This document shows, piece by piece, positions 53,194 to 64,000 of a DNA stretch of 64,000 nucleotides. The notes under the pieces were generated by a model. That model worked only from the letters and a program-made list of their open reading frames with translations, searched no databases and was not told the DNA's origin. This DNA comes from Styela clava. Lineage: Eukaryota. The stretch spans positions 20,150,001 through 20,214,000 of the forward strand of contig NC_135251.1 in the NCBI RefSeq assembly GCF_964204865.1, read 5' to 3'. The translations under genes and the position numbers were made by a program. Within the stretch, counting starts at the first letter, position 1. Every line of letters begins with the position of its first letter.

Positions 53194-55990
53194 ATGCTGT
53201 TTGTCATATTTTATGTATACTCGATGATTGTCACTACAGAAGCTTCTTTGGCCAAAACGGCTTTATGTAAACTTCCACAATCAGAAAAGGATTTCGATTG
53301 GGAGAAGGTAAGATTTGGATATAATATAAACATATGTGTTGTATATAATATAAACATATAAAAAATGAGCTTAAAATGCCGGTGACAAGAATTATGGTGA
53401 TATAGATGATGGTGATGAACTGATGATGATATATATTTATAGGGAGAATAATGTACCCAAGAGTCTATACAGCTAGTGTAGAGATTTATTCTCGTCAACA
53501 AAATTTATACGCTGTATATTTTTCTCCAGATTTTCCAATTGGAAATTTCCAATTCCAACTCTCCTCTTCGTATAGAAATTTGAGCCTCGTGTCAATCGCT
53601 ATCTACTGGCATCTCTTTCAAAAATATGAATCTACAATACATATATATATTTGTATATATTACCGTGCAATTATAGTGAAATGCAATTCTTTTGTTGGGA
53701 CTTTTCTATGAGCAAACGTATAAAAAGAACACAGTGAAAAACACGCACGAAAACCAGTGCTCTGGCCCACTGAGTCTAACTAAATTACAATTTTTTACAA
53801 CAAAACAATCACCTCAAATGTAAGATGAAAAACGCACTTTATAAAATGTGTATTGTTTTTTTTTATGTAATGAGTTTCATGTAACAATGTAATAAAATGA
53901 TGGCATATCATATGATGGCACATACAATTCGATAAAGATTCGCAAAACCTTAAAGTTTGCCGAAGAAAGTTGAATGTAAAAGAATAGTACAACTTATAGG
54001 AGCCATGTAGAATTTGGTATTTATTTGCAGCTATTGTGGGATTTCCGACGATAAGGCGCCAAGCCAATGTCTTGTATACAGACTACAAAATATTTTCTTT
54101 CGTTTTCTCTGAAGGTTCCGAAAGATAATTGGTATCAAATACTAAACGTTGGCGACATTCTTGATGAAGCAGTATCGTGTTTTGTCGCAAAGAATTTTCG
54201 AAAAACGGATTTTGGCGGGATATACGACTTCGTTGTGGACGTGGGGTGAGTGGATGTTGCTAATGTTTCAAAAATGGTCTAAAAAGATTATTTATTATCA
54301 AATAATATTTAAGAGGTAAAATAATTGCTGCGTAAATTGTTTTACTTTTTGTTGGAAACAAACAGAGATGCAAAACAACATACTGTTGAGTTTAAATTCC
54401 ACCGTGAGGGACTGAATCGATATATCCGGTATCGTGATGAAGGTAAGATGTTTGTTTTCATAAATTGCGCTTCGTGAAAGTGATCGTATAACAAATTGAC
54501 TGTGTAAATCGATTTTTTTACCCAGTAACAGCTTCTTTTTACAGAAAGCGCCTTCAATTCGTTACTTTCGTCGTTCAGTTTTTATTCTCATTTGGATATC
54601 CACAAGTGTGAAAAATTAAACATCCGATAACAAGGATTCGTTACTACGTCTAAAAAATCATTATTCGTTTCATTTAGACCAGTCATTTATTTATGATATG
54701 ACAAATGCTAGGAAACAGCATCATCTGGAAGATAAAAGCATGGATTCTGACGGTAGAGCATAAAAATATTCAAATCATATTCATATATATACGAAGGAAA
54801 ATACAATCTGATATATATCATTGTTGGCAGATTGCTAGTTTAGTTTTTTTGAAGCAGAATAAGTTATTCCTATTTGTCTTCCCCTGGAAGATATTATTGT
54901 TCACATAGACAAATTATCAGGCTTGTTCATGGGACATTATTACTGTCCCATCCCATCCTATGGGATTACCATTGGAATACAGTTTGATAAAAATTAATAA
55001 ATTCATGAAAATTTAGGTTTAGTGCCTGCAAAACAACAGAATCCATTGAATTTGTTAACTTTCAAATTCAGAAGTATTGTCTAACTATGACAATCAGTAT
55101 CATTCTATTTCTGACTCACTCTGCTTATTCAGCAAATTACCAATGTCCTACTCATCGACTGTTTATAATAATTCAATTAATCGGGGTAATTACTGCACCA
55201 TTTCCTCAATTTTTATGTAACATGCAAATCTGATGTACAGAGCTCTATAAAAAGTTCAATAAACCCCCTTTCTTCGGCCCGATCGCGAATGACGTTTCTG
55301 ACTCTCTGATTGTCTATAGTATATATACGAACTATGGTGTTCCCACGTTACCTTACCATCATGTCAAAATCGCGCCGGAAAGGACATAATGTTAATTTTG
55401 TTGACGCATAAAACATAATCCTATATGAAATTGTCCCATTTGTCGTGTGTGTCCCATGAGAAATAGAGACGTTTGCTGTCCCATCATAGCTCGTTTCTCC
55501 TATCATTCAAAGCTTATTGCTCAGTTATTCATGTTATTTGTAATTTCAAAAATTTCAAACTTATTTTTGAAAAACCTTGCTTTTCTTTATTTACAGCAAA
55601 TATCTACTATAAATTTCCACAAAGTTATTACTCAGATTATAAATCTTACATCATTGTACCACAATGCGGATTTAAAGGTAACAATTATTGTATCCTGCCT
55701 TCTTCATTTTATAATATCTCAAAACGATAAATCAAGTGATCGTTTACGCACTTTGAAATTAATAATATTATTCGAAATAAAGTTTAGTGTAAATGAACTT
55801 TTTGCCGAATTTGTTTTCAATTTCAGGAAAACATTTCCTGTGGGTGTTGACTAGAACACCAAGTCCATCTGCAACAGATTTGATCAAAATAACGAACGTC
55901 ATCGAAAAGATGGGAAATGAGTGGGCTGAAGTACCTTTATACATGTCAGGGTGTCCGGCGTTAGATGGTAACAACTACATGGATGTGTGA
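53194..55990 (+). CDS. Secreted lipocalin-like (ApoD-like) protein 2, 6 coding exons
   Basis: Exons 53194-53307 (MLFVIFYVYSMIVTTEASLAKTALCKLPQSEKDFDWEK), 54115-54245 (DNWYQILNVGD), 54366-54442, 54678-54752, 55597-55677 (YYSDYKSYIIVPQC) and 55827-55990 (LWVLTRTP...SGCP). Intron phases (0,2,1,1,1) are the same as lipocalin 1. Confidence 0.82.
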
Positions 55991-56657
55991 AATATTTGAA
56001 ACATTTTTTCTCTTGTTAATTTAAATAACACATTAATTTAAATGCATCTTATACGAATGGACATTTGTGGACTAAATTTGAATGTTGATAAAATCGAAGA
56101 TTAATTTACACTCCTGTCCAATTCCTATTCAGCTAATACAATTTATATAACGTGTACGTCTTTTATCAGAACATGTATTTGTTTGGGAAATGGGGAAAGA
56201 TATAATCTCGGCATGTGCCGGAACAGGATTCAAATCAATACGTAGTGGATTTTAAAAAATTATTTCTAGACGGAAGTGCACACAGTGCATGAAATTTTAA
56301 TTTACGATGTTAAAGAATAAGAATACATAATATATATATGGTTATGGCCTCCCATAATTATAACTATGGTCTGTGGCATTAAGGTTATCTATTTCATTAA
56401 TCGAAGTTTGTGCTGTCGAATTCACATTGCTTATTGTTGCATAATTTCCATCAACCAGGACAACCAGCACGATGAAATGATATGAATTTATGTCATATAT
56501 TACGGATAAATTATAAATCAATATGACATCTCTCCTTCTTGAGTGGAATCCGGTATTGATCAATTTTTCATCAACACATGTGCAAACAAAATTGCACGTT
56601 AGGCTTAATGTACGACGGTGATAGCTTTCGAAACGAGGCTTTACAACAGCTTTCAAA

Positions 56658-57317
56658 ATGAAGTCAGTATATATTACCCTGCTGATCTCAATTTCTGTGT
56701 CTCTTGTTAGTAGTCAGTTGCAATGTCGACTTCCAGAGAAAAAAATGTTGGTGGACTGGCAACGACTCAGTGGCGAGTGGTATGAGATTCTAAATGCTAA
56801 CGTCACGGTAGATGAATTAAGCAGCAATTGCTATGGGATGAAGGAAATACAACAAACCGAGCTGGGCGGAGTGTTAAAAGAAATCGACTATCATTTAAGT
56901 GAAAAAACCTACGACGTCATTACTGTTCGATATATATTGAATCGGAATAGTGGATATTATTGGATTGGCTCAGAAGCCGATTACAAATGGACATTGGAAT
57001 TTGGAACTGATGTGTCTGGCCGTTCACGTCAGATCGGAGAAGTTGCAAAAAAGATAGCAAAAACGTTATCTAAAAATCTTTTATACATCTTCACTGATTA
57101 TGATAATGTAATAATTTTTGCGAGTTGCCTCGAAGAAAGTATTGAAGGACAAAATAGAGGAATTTGGGCATACGGAAGAAGCACAAATACTACAGCGAAC
57201 GACGTCTTACATGTTGTGAACCAACTCGTTCACATGGGAGATGAATGGAGTGCAACACCCTTATTTAGGACGGGATGCGTAGGGACTGAACTGGCCGTGT
57301 ATTGCAAAAATAAATGA
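56658..57317 (+). CDS. Secreted lipocalin-like (ApoD-like) protein 3, intronless, 219 aa
   Basis: Signal peptide, CRLP..VDWQRLSGEWYEI (SCR1), FTDYDNVIIFASC (SCR2), IWAYGR (SCR3), and a C-terminus MGDEWSATPLFRTGC that matches the two spliced paralogues. Confidence 0.88.
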   Translation: MKSVYITLLISISVSLVSSQLQCRLPEKKMLVDWQRLSGEWYEILNANVTVDELSSNCYGMKEIQQTELGGVLKEIDYHLSEKTYDVITVRYILNRNSGYYWIGSEADYKWTLEFGTDVSGRSRQIGEVAKKIAKTLSKNLLYIFTDYDNVIIFASCLEESIEGQNRGIWAYGRSTNTTANDVLHVVNQLVHMGDEWSATPLFRTGCVGTELAVYCKNK

Positions 57318-57374
57318 AAAGTAATCATTACGGACTTCGAGCGACCACTGACCACCAGCACGCAACCATCGTTA

Positions 57375-57855
57375 GCGGTGACGAAATACGGTCGCGGCGA
57401 TAAAACCTTAATGATTTGATTTCCGCATGTCAGAATAGTAGCATCACGTTTTGAACTGGACCTATATAATACCAAACATAGCGTATATTCAGGTTATTTT
57501 TTGGAAAAATATTTAAAAGTGGTTTTGTATTTGAACTTAATTTACATTATCTTTTTACTTTTTAGATAGATAATACAGCAATATTGGACGTCTAATACAT
57601 TTGAAGCAAGTATATGGGTGACGAAATGCGGTCGTTGTGTGTCAAAATGGGCGTGACGAAATAGGGTCGTCGAGTCAAGTTAGGGGTGGCGAAATACGGT
57701 CGGTGCGTGACAGATTGGGTTTGACGAAATACGGTCGTTGCGTGGTGTCAGGTTAGGGGTGACGAAATGCGGTAGGGGGAGGTGTCAGATTAGAGGTGAC
57801 GAAATACGGTCGAGACGTGTCAGAATGTAGATGGCAAAATATGACTGAGCGTGTC
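57375..57855 (+). repeat. Degenerate minisatellite, ~35-40-bp unit
   Basis: Repeated GTGACGAAATACGGTCG...GTGTCAGATTAGGG: about 7 copies in 57617-57855 plus one at about 57378. Confidence 0.8.
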
Positions 57856-58097
57856 AAATTACCGCAAATCTGGCAGTAGGGTGCCGGTACGTATACCATC
57901 ACATCTGTATTTAGGTATTTATGTATTTCTGTATTTATATGTAATAAACATATAAATAATTTTAAAATAATAATAAATTTTCATGTCCTCAAATAGTGTC
58001 AAACAATTTTTTTTTCTATATCTAACCTTTTATGTTACTTAATTATGCATTGAAATGACATGAAAAAATGTGTTTTTTGTCATCGTGCAAAGTGATT

Positions 58098-58212
58098 GTG
58101 ATTTAATTTAAATTTGACGTACGACTGGGATCACTCTGCATAGAGAGACTAAAATTAACGAAATCTCTCTATGCATATGGATCGAGTCGTATGACAAATT
58201 TTATTTAAATCA
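58098..58212. repeat. Short hairpin / MITE-like inverted repeat
   Basis: Arms AAATTTGACGTACGACT..GATC..TGCATAGAGAGA and TCTCTCTATGCA..GATC..AGTCGTATGACAAATTT. Confidence 0.65.
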
Positions 58213-59322
58213 AAATCAGCTAATTGAATTTAACTAGACATTGTAAATAATTCTTAAAGTTTTTATCAATTTTTTTTGATTATTAATTTGAATAAAATTT
58301 TGAATGTATAGGTATGTTTGATATATTATTACGTTTTGCTCTTTAAGTCTTGAACATCTCGAAATAGTAACAGATTTCTCATATTTTAAGTAGAGAGTTC
58401 ATTTGTTTTGTCAAACAGAAAACAATAACACGACAAAATATAATTGTAAGCAACAAATTCTCGGTATAGACCGTATAGCAACTGGTATCAATACGATCAT
58501 GTGGACATCGAGATCAGTTAACAGTACCACTCAATATTTATAACGTGAAAGACATTAGCTTTAGATGTGAAAAGACATCTAGGATGTGATGTTGTAGGTT
58601 TGTCCGAAACCATCAATAACTTTCAATGGAAGAATAATTTAGCTGACAAGCGTTTGGGATGATATAAGCATTAATTAAATATACCTAGATAAAAATTCAG
58701 ACAAATTACTTGCTCGATCAATTATGATATTAACGAATTTGACATTTTTGATTGATTACTATAATAATAAGAGAAGGGTTTCATGTGAGTGTATGGCATT
58801 GGTTACTTGAAATATGTAAATAGTGAATGACTCAAAGTAACGTCTATATAGGGGCATTGAAACGTCACTGCAATAGTCAAGTTGTTCGAGTATTAAAGTT
58901 CGAAGCGTATGAATAAGGTCTACAAGCATCATGTAAAATATCAGAAAGAATACCCAAGTTAGAATGTAATTTACACTGGTTTTTCATTCTTTTAGTTAGG
59001 AAACGAATTCTATGAGAATGTCTTTAACAACATGATGTCGGACTCAGACTCGAATCGAAGCTCGGATGATCTCGACTTGATTCGTGATTTGATAATTACC
59101 AAACAGTGAACTGCGCGGTATGGTTGAGATATCATACTGATTTTACCACTGAGATACTTGGCGATATGCATGTCTGTGACGTATGTGCATAGTGACACAA
59201 GGGGTAAAGACTGCCAGAGAAATTCCAAGTGGATGTCATTTTTCGCGTCCGGAAAGAATAATTTCAATAAAAAGTGACTAAGGATCAACAAGATATTAAA
59301 TGATGTTGGGTTAAAGGACATA

Positions 59323-59510
59323 TAGGGTGTCCACAAATCATACTGGACTTTTTTTAAATTGCAGAGGGAATTTATCAATGCCATTTATAGATTTTGCCCT
59401 CACAGATGTATAAAATACTTAAACAATTACTGATTAACAAACAACAAACCTGGTTAAGATATATTAAGAACTGACTTTATAACAAAATTGAAATTGTAAT
59501 GGACACCCTG
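59323..59510. mobile_element. Tc1/mariner-type MITE
   Basis: Termini (T/C)AGGGTGTCCA / TGGACACCCTG flanked by TA. Confidence 0.6.
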
Positions 59511-59948
59511 TATTGTTTCAATAGTTATGAGAAAAACAAAAAATACTGTTGCGTTTAAGTGTCAGGTCTGTATTGTGTGTACCTACTTAATTACAAACAT
59601 GAAGTGAAGTTCTGTAGAGTGTACATAATTTCAACAGACGTCGCATATGATCGTATAATTACCCAAAGGAATGGAGCCCCGTAAACGTCACTAATGCCCC
59701 ATTATGACTCCTAGAACATGTTTAGTCAAGACTGGGCTTATAACAAAACACAAATCGACAAACAACAAATAAACAGTTGTCTTGATAAAGTTTCCATGGA
59801 ATGTGGTTTAATCAGACAATCTTCTCAGTCACATCCCAAATAAATCTACGATCTTTATTTTCACAAATAAACAACAATCATTCATCATCATCAACAAAAA
59901 GTTTGGCAAGTTCCTGTCTATGTCTATCTCCATTACATCCCTTTAAGG

Positions 59949-60074
59949 CAGGGGTCGACAACCTACGGCCCGCGGAGTAATATAATCCGGCACGCAAATG
60001 GAATTCAAATGGTATTTGAATAACTTGCAACCTTTAATTTTGTCCCACGAGCGACAAAAGGTTGCCGACCACTG
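59949..60074. mobile_element. 126-bp minimal hAT MITE, same family as 21063-21674
   Basis: TIRs CAGGGGTCGACAACCT / AGGTTGCCGACCACTG, 8-bp TSD CTTTAAGG/CATTAAGG. Shares subterminal motifs with the B2-intron element. Confidence 0.75.
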
Positions 60075-60896
60075 CATTAAGGTTATGGAATCAATTGCAA
60101 TCAAATGCTGTAAATTTTTCGCTGTTATCAAATCCCAAGTGATGCTTTTTAAATTCAATCCCAAGCATATGGGTGTTTTACTTGTAATTTTAATTGCAGA
60201 TTATGGAATTGGTGATAGCAATTTTAGTCCAGAAATTATATTTTAATTAAGGTCATGGCGGTTTGTGAAATATTTCTTCCAACGCTGTTAAATTAGTTTT
60301 ATTTATTTCAGGTGCGTACTGGACGGAAGTAAAAGATGATTAATCTCACATGAAGCAGATGTAGAATAGCAGTTTTTCTTGATATAGATAAGACTGTAGT
60401 TTTAGAATTGTACCAATCGTATTTTCCACTTTATTTTAATCAGTTTTGTATCCGGGTTTTGGAGGAGGTCAACGCTTGCTTAGCCACCCCAAATCGTGGG
60501 TCATGATAGGTATTGATTGGGTTAGGGACACAGATTTCCTGATGTGTACATGTGAGGGCTGCCATCATATAACTATCAGCTCGTAGACTGCTATCATAGA
60601 TATAAACGACATTTATTCGAATACGGTATCTTGTAAGTTGGTAAGGTTTCTGTACTTTGTCACAAATTTTGTCGTTCTATGCCTAGAATCTTTGCAATTT
60701 TTGGTATTTTAATTAACATAATTTAGGAAGTTTTATCCCTTTTTGTTAATGGATATTAATAAATAAATATAACCGATGAGAAAATATTTCCATGCTTGCT
60801 CTGCTCCGAGTCTGAGATTGGTTTGTCAGGTTTCGAATAGTTGTCCGTGATAAACTAGCAATCATCGGAATGTAGAAAAGGGCGTGTGCAACATGC

Positions 60897-61765
60897 GTAT
60901 GACGTCACTAGGTTATGACGTCTCACCCTAACGAGCAGCGGTATTTTGGGGCAGGCCGGCTCTGGATCCGGGCCGAAACGACGCGATTTATTTTTATCTG
61001 TGGCCGACCATTGGCCGTAGATAAATCGAGTATACTTTCCGAAATTTATCCACAATCCTGCATAATCGGACTATACATTTTAAAAATCTTCATTTTCCAA
61101 TGGTTGACCCTTCGATTTTCTTCATTATCGTTTTGTAAGTCGGAGCTTCCTTCATGGTTTATATATCTGCGTAATCCAATTAATGACGACACGAAATTGA
61201 TACGGGACAGTAAGTTCGCGTGATTCAAACTTTGGTCACCATGAGCAAACTAAAGCATATCAACCGCCTTTACCAACTAGGCCAAGGAGGAACGTGAGGG
61301 CCGAGATCTGAGTTCTAATATCCATCCTTCATCTTAAATGACTTTATAATTTTTTTTTACAAGTATTTCGAGATTAAACATAAATATTAGACCTTAAACC
61401 TTTGTTTCTAAGTTCTTAATTGGCCTAGTTGGTTAAGGCGGTGGATAGACCATAAATTTGTTAACGGTGACTAACGTGACGAAGGAGAAATTCGAGCTGT
61501 GGACTACAGAAACCCCCAAAAAAAGAAAATATGAAGGAAATCTAAGGGTGAGAACCGCAAAAAATAGAAACTTTTGAATTTTCATCCGGATCATGTATGA
61601 TCAAGCATGGCCATGTATAAATTTCCGCAATCATACTCGATGTATCTATGGCCTATGATCGGCCAAAGATTGAAAAATGCATCGTTTCAGCCCGGATCCG
61701 GCGCCAGAGCGCCAAATAAAATCGCGGCTAGCCAGTGTGACGTCACAAAACCTTGTGACGTCATA
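60897..61765. mobile_element. Inverted-repeat element with a nested small MITE (about 61259-61446)
   Basis: Outer imperfect arms TGACGTCA..GGATCCGGGCCGAAACGA versus TCGTTTCAGCCCGGATCC..TGACGTCA. Inner TIRs TATCAACCGCCTTTACCAACTAGGCCAA / TTGGCCTAGTTGGTTAAGGCGGTGGATA. Confidence 0.6.
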
Positions 61766-63595
61766 GTGTAAAATCCGCAGAAACCAGTCTAAATGACGTT
61801 TTGAGACACTTCTTACACCTATGCCCCAACTCCCAATTCTTATCAGCCTTTAACAAAACCCAGTCCCCGACAACCAATGAGCAGGGAGAACAGATTTTGC
61901 TTCAATAATTTTATTATTCTTCAAGCAAGAGAATGAACAAAAATCTACATCTAGTCTTCGGAAAAAAAGTACGAGAAGAGGTGGACAAAGTTGAGATAAT
62001 AATGGAAATGCAGGGACGGATTGTTTAAAAGCGAGCAACATTGGGATACCAAGCTTTTCTGCCATGATCAAACACGAAATGAAGAATTGTGAATTTCTGG
62101 GTGATACCTGGGCTCAGTGGCATACATATAGCAAGAGGGCTACTGCCCCTTCCATGGGCACCATTTGGATGAGGGCGTAAATGTGCAAAACCTCATTTTT
62201 GATAAAAACTACCTAAATAACGTATAAAAGTACCCCAAAGCAACAACCCGTAGTTAAAAATTTCAGTGTAGAGAAAGAACGATCAAGAGGGCGCATTTTG
62301 GACATTTCCATAGGCGCCATTTCACGCAGATACGCCACTACTGGGGCAAGCTTTGATATCCGGTAAAATCTGGTAGAAAGATGGTTATATAAAAAATTAA
62401 AATACACTTGTTTATATAATCAAGATGGTACGACAAATCATTCCAATGTTCATTCAACATACGTGTCCGGTTGTGGACTGTCTTTTGATCTTTCCAACCA
62501 GAACGCAGCTGAAATATTAAAACAGATTCAACGTAGCACGGGGCGATTATGGATTACATTTCACACCACCTATGAAAAACAGATTCTAAAAATTCAAACA
62601 TTTGAGTTTCGTTTGAGGAATATTATATGCTTGGGTAATGAGTAACTATTGATTTGTAATTTAATTTCTCTAATCCATCTTGTGAATTAGTTATGAAATA
62701 AAAACTGAGGTTCTCAGTCTATACTCTCTAGTCTCTATAGGATAAAATTAGCCTCTATGGGTGAACAGGGTAAATTAGCAATCAAGGAATTTTAACGTCG
62801 AAAATTCGATTCAACCCACCGAGTAGCGAAAGAAAGCAGCGCTGGCAAAGAACTTATTTTGACAATCGTATATATTTTAGTTTCATACACGCTATCATCA
62901 AGTAATTTATTTGGTGGTAAAATCTGTCACCGCGGGCATTTCCGAGCTTTAGGATTTGTGTAATAAGAGTTATTATGCTCTCACTACGGAGGTAGACCAT
63001 GTTTGTTACAAACTAGCTAAGAGCCTTAATGTACCGGTAAACATTGCACATTTCTACATTTAATACATTCTGTCATTTGTAGCAAGTTTACAAAATTAGG
63101 AAAAAATAGGACTGAAATAGAAAATAAAGTTTTACAGCCCTTGAAATAAAGCATATAAATTCAAATCTACACAATAATATGGACCACTAACCGAATTTCG
63201 TCACGAGACTCACAAACGATAATACTCAAAATGAAGAACGCATTTGACTAAGAACGTGCTGGTAACTGATTGGCACTATAAATATTTTTCATTATTTTAT
63301 TGTTTTAGAGAAGGAAACTTCTATATGTGGATAGTACTTACTTTAAAATTTACTTATTTAGCGCTATTGTACGTGGTATTAAAGCACACAACTACTTAAA
63401 CCTTGAACGCTAAAGAGCGAGTTTGCGCAACTATCTGGTAAACCTGAAGAAAACTAAAACCAGAGTTGTTTACGCATAACAAGGAGAGGAAGTATTTGAT
63501 GATTGTGGACCTCAAACTGAAGCACGCGCGCGTCTCCAGCAAGGTTTTCAACATGATAACGAGTAAGTCATCGAAATGTTTAAATGCTCTGGTAT

Positions 63596-63795
63596 AGGTT
63601 TGAATCATGTGGGGTTAAATTATGTGGAAGGGGATTGTTGGTCTCCTGGTTTCCCTCTTGGACTCCTGGAGGTGATTTACGTACAACTGTTCGTCATACC
63701 TCCGCCATTAAGTGCATGCATCCAGAACTAACACTGATCACCGTCCACGTAATCAAGCCGTCTTACGGATTTCCTCTCCACTGTGATAAATATGG
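63596..63795 (+). mobile_element. Diverged, 5'-truncated copy of the tRNA-derived SINE
   Basis: Matches the 39921-40266 element at the B-box region, the core, and the 3' end AAGCCGTCTTA.CGG.TTTCCTCTCC...GATAAATATG. Confidence 0.6.
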
Positions 63796-64000
63796 AAAGA
63801 CAAAACTATCTACACTTACTTCAACAAACTCTCGATTCGTGAGATTCGCTTTCACCTTATTCGCTTTTCCTCGTAATCAGGACATAACCTGCATGATATA
63901 ATGATACATGCATGATATAACAAGAAAAAAAAACTATCGAATCCGAAATATTCCAGCCCAATTAAAAACGTCTTTATGATTTCAGCAAAAGCGAAATGAC

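Noticed and set aside
55447-55854. 135-aa ORF
   Set aside because: It spans intron sequence and is out of frame with the real lipocalin-2 exons, an AT-rich chance ORF.
57375-57855. CRISPR-like repeat-spacer array
   Set aside because: The context is eukaryotic, the units are degenerate, the intervening sequences are similar to one another and there are no cas genes. It is a minisatellite.
60100-64000. Additional protein-coding gene at the window end
   Set aside because: Only short ORFs overlapping MITE or SINE sequence were found, and I could not assemble a consistent exon chain.

Overview
AT-rich, intron-containing animal genomic DNA. An invertebrate, possibly an ascidian/tunicate, is my inference from gene and repeat style and cannot be proven from the window. 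Positions 1-46.2 kb hold a tandem array of six + strand, multi-exon, type II membrane genes of the tyrosylprotein-sulfotransferase (TPST) fold, in two divergent clades ordered A1-A2-B1-B2-B3-A3. Clade B keeps the TPST catalytic residues, has changed the basic residues that read acidic tyrosine peptides, and uses a conserved GC-AG intron. Clade A has replaced the catalytic Arg of the PAPS loop and probably the catalytic Ser, and A2 has also lost the catalytic Glu. Directly next to the array (47.8-57.3 kb) are three divergent secreted lipocalin (ApoD-like) genes: two 6-exon genes head-to-head and one intronless copy. The intergenic and intronic DNA is dense with mobile elements: a very young non-autonomous LTR element; hAT, pogo/Tc1, Mutator, Sola-like and Helentron-type non-autonomous elements; a tRNA-derived SINE; an Academ-like remnant; and Penelope-type hammerhead-like motifs. 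There are also inverted relics of a clade-B gene and signs of gene conversion. All exon coordinates were read by eye and translated by hand. Most ORFs in the supplied track are exon fragments or noise.
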